DNA from: Xanthomonas campestris pv. campestris str. ATCC 33913
Lineage (GTDB): Bacteria; Pseudomonadota; Gammaproteobacteria; Xanthomonadales; Xanthomonadaceae
NCBI RefSeq assembly: GCF_000007145.1
Contig: NC_003902.1
Coordinates: forward strand, 1,027,436 to 1,059,435
Direction of reading: 5' to 3'
Length of the DNA: 32,000 bases
Below are positions 24,333 through 32,000 of the stretch, in pieces. The first letter of the stretch is position 1. The number at the start of each line of letters is the position of its first letter. The notes beneath the pieces are model-generated. The model made no database searches and was not told the DNA's origin. It saw only the letters and a program-made list of their open reading frames with translations. The translations under genes and the position numbers were made by a program.

Positions 24333-26450
24333 GTGGCCCGTACCACTCCCATCGAGCGTTACCGCAACTTCGGCATCATGGCGCACATCGACGCCGGCAA
24401 GACCACCACGTCCGAGCGCATCCTGTTCTACACCGGCGTCAGTCACAAGATCGGCGAAGTCCATGACGGCGCTGCAGTGATGGACTGGATGGAGCAGGAG
24501 CAGGAGCGTGGCATCACCATCACCTCCGCTGCGACCACCGCATTCTGGACGGGTATGGACAAGTCCATGCCGCAGCACCGCTTCAACATCATCGATACCC
24601 CCGGGCACGTCGACTTCACCATCGAAGTGGAGCGTTCCTTGCGCGTGCTCGACGGTGCGGTGTTCGTGCTGTGCGCCGTGGGTGGCGTGCAGCCGCAGTC
24701 CGAGACCGTGTGGCGTCAGGCCAACAAGTACTCGGTGCCGCGCATGGCCTTCGTCAACAAGATGGACCGTACCGGTGCCAACTTCGACAAGGTCGTCGAG
24801 CAGCTGAAGGCCCGTCTGGGCGCTTATGCTGTGCCGATGCAGGTGCCGATCGGCGCCGAAGACGGCTTTGAGGGCGTGGTCGATCTGCTCAAGATGAAGG
24901 CGATCCATTGGGACACCGCTTCGCAGGGCACCACCTTCGAATACCGCGACATTCCGGCCGATCTGGTCGATGTGGCGACCGAGGCGCGTTCGTTCATGGT
25001 CGAAGCGGCTGCTGAAGCCAGTGAAGCCCTGATGGACAAGTACCTCAACGACGGCGACCTGAGCGAAGACGAGATCCTGTCGGGTCTGCGCGAGCGCACC
25101 CTGAAGGTCGAGATCGTGCCGGTGTTCTGTGGCTCGGCGTTCAAGAACAAGGGCGTGCAGGCCATGCTCGACGGCGTCGTGCACCTGCTGCCGTCGCCTG
25201 CCGATCGTCCGCCGGTGCAGGGCATCGACGAGAACGAGAAGGAAGACACCCGTGATGCGACGGACACCGCGCCGTTCTCGGCACTGGCGTTCAAGATCAT
25301 GACCGACCCGTTCGTCGGTTCGCTGACGTTCTTCCGTGTCTACTCGGGCACCTTGAACTCCGGCGACCAGGTCTACAACCCGGTCAAGTCGAAGAAAGAG
25401 CGCGTGGGCCGCATCCTGCAGATGCACTCCAACAATCGCGAAGAGATCAAGGAAGTGCGTGCGGGCGACATCGCCGCGGCTGTGGGCCTGAAGGACGTCA
25501 CCACCGGTGACACCCTGTGTGCGCAGGACAAGATCATCACCCTGGAGCGCATGGTGTTCCCGGAGCCGGTGATTTCGATGGCGGTGGAGCCGAAGACCAA
25601 GTCGGACCAGGAAAAGATGGGCATGGCCCTGGGCCGTCTGGCGCAGGAAGATCCCTCGTTCCGCGTCAAGACCGACGAAGAATCCGGCCAGACCATCATC
25701 TCGGGCATGGGCGAGTTGCACCTGGACATCATCGTCGACCGCATGCGTCGCGAATTCAATGTCGAGGCCAACGTCGGCAAGCCGCAGGTGGCCTACCGCG
25801 AAACGATCCGCAAGTCGGACGTCAAGTCCGACTACAAGCACGCCAAGCAGTCCGGTGGTAAGGGTCAGTACGGTCACGTGGTGATCGAGCTGTCGCCGAT
25901 GACCGAAGAAGATCGCAAGAACGATAGCGTCAAGGACGATTTCCTCTTCATCAACGACATCACCGGCGGCATCATCCCGAAGGAATTCATCCCCTCGGTT
26001 GAAAAGGGTCTGCGCGAAACGATCACCAGTGGTCCGATCGCCGGCTTCCCGGTGGTGGGCGTGAAGGTCAAGCTGGTGTTCGGCTCGTACCACGACGTCG
26101 ACTCCTCGGAAATGGCGTTCAAGCTGGCCGCGTCGATGGCGTTCAAGCAGGGCTTCGCGAAAGCCAGCCCGGTGTTGCTGGAGCCGATCATGAAGGTCGA
26201 AATCGTCAGCCCGGAGGATTACCTGGGTGACGTGATGGGCGACGTGAGCCGCCGTCGTGGCGTGTTGCAGGGTCAGGACGACAGCCCGTCGGGCAAGATC
26301 ATCAACGCGATGATTCCGCTGGGTGAAATGTTCGGCTACGCGACCTCGCTGCGCTCGATGAGCCAGGGTCGCGCGACGTTCTCAATGGAATTCGACCACT
26401 ACGAAGAGGCACCGGCCAACATCGCCGACGCCGTCACCAAGAAGGGCTGA
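24333..26450 (+). CDS. fusA: Elongation factor G (GTG start)
   Basis: The GTG at 24333 gives (M)[25 protein letters not shown] (E. coli [26 protein letters not shown]), 705 aa. A GAGAGG SD lies at 24321-24326. The ORF-track start at 24237 is an upstream extension. Confidence 0.97.
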
Positions 26451-26498
26451 GTTCGCTCAGCCGCTTCACAAAATTTTCCAATTTAGAGGTAGTTAGTC

Positions 26499-27689
<1,191 letters not shown>

Positions 27690-27733
27690 GTGCCTGCAAT
27701 CCGGTGACTTCGGTCGCCGGAAAGTAGAGAGAA

Positions 27734-27760
27734 GGGTCGGCGCAAGCCGGCCCTTTTTTA
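27734..27760 (+). terminator. Intrinsic terminator of the str operon
   Basis: GGGTCGGC (27734-27741) pairs with GCCGGCCC (27746-27753) around a GCAA tetraloop, followed by TTTTTTA. Confidence 0.8.
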
Positions 27761-27807
27761 TTGTGCAGTGAAGCGGGGGCGCGTTGCGGGGATTGATCCT
27801 GCAAGGC

Positions 27808-27836
27808 TTGCGCGGGCCAAATCACGTGGCTATAAT
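27808..27836 (+). promoter_or_regulatory. Candidate promoter P1 upstream of the S10 operon
   Basis: TTGCGC (27808-27813), 17 nt, TATAAT (27831-27836), followed by the discriminator GCGCGGCTCG. That discriminator is shared with the rplK promoter candidate. Confidence 0.45.
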
Positions 27837-27955
27837 GCGCGGCTCGGCGTTCCTGGGTAGGGCGCTGAGTTACAGCGAAAAGAACGGCAGGACGCCGCTC
27901 GTGTTCGCCAGACCGGGAAGGTCGCGTCGCATGGAGCACTCAGCAACTCACGTTG

Positions 27956-27984
27956 TTGACCGTGCTCTTGTTGCGCATTATACT
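27956..27984 (+). promoter_or_regulatory. Candidate promoter P2 upstream of the S10 operon
   Basis: TTGACC (27956-27961), 17 nt, TATACT (27979-27984). Confidence 0.45.
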
Positions 27985-27991
27985 TTTCCGT

Positions 27992-28027
27992 CTGGGCAGA
28001 CCGGTTTGCCGGCCTGCCCCAGTTTTT
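27992..28027 (+). terminator. Intrinsic-terminator-like hairpin in the S10 leader (candidate attenuator)
   Basis: CTGGGCAGACCGG-TTTG-CCGGCCTGCCCCAG, about 12 bp with one mismatch and one bulge, followed directly by TTTTT (28023-28027). It lies 118 nt upstream of the rpsJ ATG. Confidence 0.5.
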
Positions 28028-28144
28028 GGGCGGAGGAAGTGCCCTCGTCGGCAGGATGCACGGCGATTTCATCTACGCAGGAATATCGGGGCAGGTATCC
28101 CAGAGGCCTTGCCCGTCGCTCTTTTAACGAAGGAACCCACCGTC

Positions 28145-28456
28145 ATGGCGGACCAAAAGATCCGGATTCGGCTGAAGGCGTTCGATCATCGTTTGATCGA
28201 CCGTTCGGCCAGCGAGATCGTCGAAACGGCCAAGCGGACCGGCGCGCAAGTGCGTGGCCCGATCCCGTTGCCGACCAAGATCGAACGTTACACCATCCTC
28301 GTATCCCCGCATGCCGACAAGGATGCGCGTGACCAATACGAAACCCGCACGCACAAGCGTGTGCTCGATATCGTCGACCCGAACGACAAGACCGTGGACG
28401 CGCTGATGAAGCTCGAACTCGCGGCTGGCGTCGACGTCCAGATCAAGCTGACCTGA
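28145..28456 (+). CDS. rpsJ: 30S ribosomal protein S10
   Basis: Internal ATG gives [44 protein letters not shown], 103 aa. An AAGGAA SD lies upstream. The ORF-track start at 27953 is an upstream extension. Confidence 0.98.
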
Positions 28457-28467
28457 GGACTACGACC

Positions 28468-29118
28468 ATGACGAAGAAATATTCGTTGGGCTTCGTGGGC
28501 CGCAAGGCTGGTATGAGCCGCGTCTTTACTGAAGACGGCCGCTCGGTACCGGTCACGCTGATCGAAGCAACTCCGAACCGCATCGCGCAGATCAAGACCG
28601 TCGAAGTTGACGGCTACAGCGCCGTGCAGATTACCGTTGGTGCCCGTCGCGCCGCGCTGGTTAACAAGCCGGCTGCTGGTCACTTCGCCAAGGCGAAGGT
28701 GGAAGCGGGTCGCGGCCTGTGGGAATTCCGCGTTGAAGATGCGCAGCTCGGCGATTTCGCCGTCGGCGGCGAAATCAAGGCGGACATCTTTGAGGTCGGC
28801 CAGAAGGTCGACGTCCAGGGCGTCACCAAGGGTAAGGGTTTCCAGGGCACCATCAAGCGCTACAACTTCCGTATGGGCGATGCAACTCACGGTAACTCGC
28901 TGTCGCATCGCGCGCCGGGTTCGTTGGGTCAGCGCCAGACCCCGGGTCGCGTTTTCCCGGGTAAGAAGATGTCGGGCCACATGGGCGCCGTGCAGCAAAG
29001 CACGCAGAACCTGGAAGTGGTCAAGGTCGACGTCGAACGTGGTCTGATTGCCATCCGCGGCGCCGTGCCTGGCGCAGCTGGTGGTGACGTGATCGTCCGT
29101 CCGGCGAGCAAGGCATAA
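28468..29118 (+). CDS. rplC: 50S ribosomal protein L3
   Basis: 216 aa. It contains [18 protein letters not shown] and ...[34 protein letters not shown]. Confidence 0.98.
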   Translation: MTKKYSLGFVGRKAGMSRVFTEDGRSVPVTLIEATPNRIAQIKTVEVDGYSAVQITVGARRAALVNKPAAGHFAKAKVEAGRGLWEFRVEDAQLGDFAVGGEIKADIFEVGQKVDVQGVTKGKGFQGTIKRYNFRMGDATHGNSLSHRAPGSLGQRQTPGRVFPGKKMSGHMGAVQQSTQNLEVVKVDVERGLIAIRGAVPGAAGGDVIVRPASKA

Positions 29119-29130
29119 GGAGAGATGACG

Positions 29131-29736
29131 ATGGAACTCGTTATCACGGGTAGCAACAACAAGGTCTCGGTCTCCGATGCCGTGTTCGGTCGCGAATTCA
29201 GCGAAGATCTGGTTCACCAGGTTGTCGTCGCTTATCGCAATGCCGGCCGCGCCGGCACCAAGGCACAGAAGACGCGTTCGGAAGTTGCGGGCACGACCAA
29301 GAAGTCGAAGAAGCAGAAGGGCGGCGGTGCGCGTCATGGCGCGCTGACGGCTCCGATCTTCGTCGGCGGCGGCGTGACCTTTGCGGCCAAGCCGCGCAGC
29401 TTCGAGCAGAAGGTCAACCGCAAGATGTACCGTGCGGCCATCTGCGCGATCTTCTCCGAGCTGAACCGTCAGGGTCGTCTGATGATCGTCGACTCGTTCG
29501 ACATCGAAGCAACCAAGACCAAGGGTCTGATCGAGAAGCTGAAGGGGATGGATGTGGGCAAGCGCCCGCTGATCGTCACCGAAGAAGCCTCCGAGCACCT
29601 GTATCTGTCCGCCCGCAATCTGCCGTATGTGCAGGTGCGTGATGTGCAGGGTCTGGATCCGGTCGCTCTGGTCGGGGCCGACACGGTCGTGATCACCGCT
29701 GACGCGGTCAAGAAGGTCGAGGAGTGGCTGGCATGA
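29131..29736 (+). CDS. rplD: 50S ribosomal protein L4 (alternative ATG at 29125)
   Basis: MELVITG... aligns with the E. coli L4 start MELVLKD, 201 aa as in E. coli. AAGGAG lies 8 nt upstream of 29131 but only 2 nt upstream of 29125. Confidence 0.95.
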
Positions 29737-30032
29737 GCAGCAACGAAAAAATCTTCAGCGTGCTGCGTGCTCCGCGAGTCTCCGAAAAGACCGCGCGCCT
29801 GCAGGAAATCTCCAACCAGTATGTCTTCGAAGTTTCGAACGAAGCCACCAAAGCCGATGTAAAGGCCGCGGTTGAGCAGCTGTTCGACGTCAAGGTCAAA
29901 GCGGTCAACGTGGTCAATGTGAAGGGTAAAAGCAAGTCCTTCCGTAACCGTGCTGGCAGCCGTGGCAATTGGCGCAAGGCATACGTCCGCCTGGTTGATG
30001 GTCAGTCCATCGACGTAACGGCCAAGGCCTGA
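29733..30032 (+). CDS. rplW: 50S ribosomal protein L23
   Basis: The ATG at 29733 overlaps the rplD stop (ATGA). It gives [21 protein letters not shown]..., 99 aa, collinear with E. coli L23 (LLKVLRAPHVSEKA). Confidence 0.95.
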
Positions 30033-30042
30033 GGTCCAACCC

Positions 30043-30870
30043 ATGCCATTGATGAAGTTCAAACCCACCTCTCCCGGCCGTCGTTCCGCCGTGCGCGTGG
30101 TTACTCCCGATCTGCACAAGGGCGCGCCGCATGCGGCACTGCTCGACTCGCAGAGCAAGTCCGGTGGTCGTAACCACCATGGCCGCATCACCGTGCGTCA
30201 CGTCGGTGGTGGCCACAAGCAGCACTACCGCATCATCGACTTCAAGCGCAACAAGGAAGGCATTCCGGCGCGTGTGGAGCGGATTGAATACGATCCGAAC
30301 CGTACCGCTCATATCGCCCTGCTGTGCTATGTCGACGGCGAGCGCCGCTACATCATCGCCCCCAAGGGCCTGAAGGCGGGTGACCAGGTCATCGCCGGTG
30401 CCAACGCACCGATCAAGACCGGTAACGCGCTGCCGCTGCGCAACATCCCGGTCGGTACGACGGTCCACGGTATCGAGCTGAAGCCGGGTAAGGGCGCTCA
30501 GATCGCACGTGCAGCCGGTGCAGCCGTCCAGCTGGTCGCTCGCGAAGGCATCTATGCCACGCTGCGTCTGCGCTCGGGCGAAATGCGCAAGGTGCCGGTC
30601 GAGTGCCGCGCCACCATCGGCGAAGTCGGCAACGACGAGCACAACCTCGAGAAGCTGGGCAAGGCCGGCGCCAAGCGTCGGCGCGGTGTTCGCCCGACCG
30701 TTCGCGGTGCGGCCATGAACGCGAACGATCACCCGCACGGTGGTGGTGAGGCCAAGGCTGGCCAGGGTAATCCGCATCCGGTCACCCCGTGGGGTGTTCC
30801 GACCAAGGGTTACAAGACGCGCAAGAACAAGCGCACCCAGCAATTCATCGTCCGCGATCGTAGGGGCTAA
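30043..30870 (+). CDS. rplB: 50S ribosomal protein L2
   Basis: 275 aa. It contains [23 protein letters not shown] and ...[14 protein letters not shown]. Confidence 0.98.
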
Positions 30871-30876
30871 TCGACC

Positions 30877-31146
30877 ATGGCACGTTCACTTAAGAAGGGC
30901 CCGTTCGTCGATCACCACCTTGCAAAGAAGGTGGAGTCCGCTGCGGGTAGCAAGAAGCCGATCAAGACCTGGTCGCGCCGTTCGATGATCCTGCCGGAAA
31001 TGGTAGGCATCACCATCGCCGTGCATAACGGTAAGAACCACATTCCGGTGCTCGTCAATGAGAATATGGTCGGCCACAAGCTCGGCGAATTTGCCGTCAC
31101 CCGGACCTTCAAGGGTCACGGTGGCGACAAGAAGTCGAGCAGGTAA
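30877..31146 (+). CDS. rpsS: 30S ribosomal protein S19
   Basis: 89 aa, starting [19 protein letters not shown] and containing ...[37 protein letters not shown]. Confidence 0.98.
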   Translation: MARSLKKGPFVDHHLAKKVESAAGSKKPIKTWSRRSMILPEMVGITIAVHNGKNHIPVLVNENMVGHKLGEFAVTRTFKGHGGDKKSSR

Positions 31147-31158
31147 GGAGAGATGACG

Positions 31159-31494
31159 ATGGAAGCGAAAGCAATCCTGCGCACCGCGCGCATCTCCCCG
31201 CAGAAGGCCCGCCTGGTCGCTGACCAGGTGCGTGGACTGTCCGCCGAACGTGCGGTCAATCTGCTGAAGTTTTCGGACAAAAAGGCTGCACACCTGATCA
31301 AAAAGGTCGTGGAGTCGGCAATTGCCAATGCCGAAAACAATCAGGGCGCGGATGTCGACGAGCTGAAGGTCAAGACCATCATGGTTGATGAAGGTCCCTC
31401 CCTGAAGCGTTTCATGGCGCGGGCGAAAGGCCGCGGTACCCGCATCCTCAAGCGCACCAGCCACATCACTGTGGTTGTGGGCGCCGCCAAGTAA
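31159..31494 (+). CDS. rplV: 50S ribosomal protein L22 (alternative ATG at 31153)
   Basis: [26 protein letters not shown] aligns with E. coli [26 protein letters not shown], 111 aa. The SD spacing favours 31159. Confidence 0.95.
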
Positions 31495-31511
31495 GCGGAA
31501 AGGAAAAGACC

Positions 31512-32000
31512 ATGGGTCATAAAGTTCATCCGACTGGAATCCGCCTCGGCATCGCCAAGGACTGGAATTCCAAGTGGTACGCAAGCAAGGCCGACTTCGC
31601 CGCTTATCTGGCAGCCGACCTGAAAGTGCGTGAAATGCTGCGCAAGAAGCTCGCGCAGGCAGGCATCAGCAAGATCTTGATCGAGCGCCCTGCCAAAACC
31701 GCCCGCGTGACGATCCACACTGCCCGTCCGGGCGTGGTGATCGGCAAGCGTGGTGAGGACATCGAAAAGCTGCGCAAGGAAGTGAGCGAGATGATGGGTG
31801 TTCCTGCCCACATCAACGTCACCGAAGTGCGCAAGCCGGAGCTGGACGCGCAGCTGGTCGCCGAGTCGATCGCGCAGCAGCTGGAGCGTCGCATCATGTT
31901 CCGCCGTGCAATGAAGCGCTCGGTCGGTAACGCGATGCGCCTGGGTGCCCTGGGCATCAAGGTCAATGTGGCTGGCCGCCTCAACGGTGCAGAAATCGCC
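31512..32000 (+). CDS. rpsC: 30S ribosomal protein S3, N-terminal 163 codons; continues beyond the window end
   Basis: My translation from ATG 31512 gives [24 protein letters not shown]...[31 protein letters not shown]...MFRRAMKR...GRLNGAEIA. It is collinear with E. coli S3. It is missing from the ORF track because there is no stop in the window. Confidence 0.95.
   Translation, partial: MGHKVHPTGIRLGIAKDWNSKWYASKADFAAYLAADLKVREMLRKKLAQAGISKILIERPAKTARVTIHTARPGVVIGKRGEDIEKLRKEVSEMMGVPAHINVTEVRKPELDAQLVAESIAQQLERRIMFRRAMKRSVGNAMRLGALGIKVNVAGRLNGAEIA

Noticed and set aside
24183-26093. 636-aa minus-strand ORF opposite fusA, with similar ones opposite tuf (9142..10125, 26493..27464) and rplC-rplD (28288..29598)
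   Set aside because: All are antisense shadows of highly conserved translation genes. The duplicated tuf antisense ORFs are identical only because the tuf DNA is duplicated.

Overview
This GC-rich window is a core housekeeping region from a Xanthomonas-like gammaproteobacterium; that assignment rests on my recognition of the protein sequences and synteny, not on a search. The gene order is prfA' and hemA on the minus strand, then everything else on the plus strand: a secreted TPR protein, lolB, ispE, tRNA-Gln, prs, rplY, pth, ychF, tRNA-Tyr/Gly/Thr, tuf copy 1, tRNA-Trp, secE, nusG, rplK, rplA, rplJ, rplL, rpoB, rpoC, rpsL, rpsG, fusA, tuf copy 2, and the start of the S10 operon (rpsJ, rplC, rplD, rplW, rplB, rpsS, rplV, rpsC'). 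I see no mobile element, CRISPR array, defence island or other accessory gene system, and I do not claim a novel multi-gene system here. The observations worth a second look are small. (1) A tandem pair of identical 16-bp palindromes lies between tRNA-Gln and prs. (2) A 60-nt inverted repeat built from GGGGAAT heptamers lies between pth and ychF. (3) The two tuf genes appear identical for 1133 nt and then diverge, and both encode a non-canonical elf18 N-terminus. (4) A 455-nt gap upstream of rpsJ holds two promoter-like sites and an intrinsic terminator or attenuator. (5) The str operon has a 12-nt rpsL-rpsG gap but a 137-nt hairpin-rich rpsG-fusA gap. (6) An identical 21-nt stop/SD/start junction precedes both rplD and rplV. 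(7) An uncharacterised TPR gene has start/stop overlaps with lolB and ispE. Many long ORFs in the track are antisense or upstream-extension artefacts of high GC content, and I rejected them. All coordinates and repeat identities come from reading the sequence by eye; no alignments or folding energies were computed.
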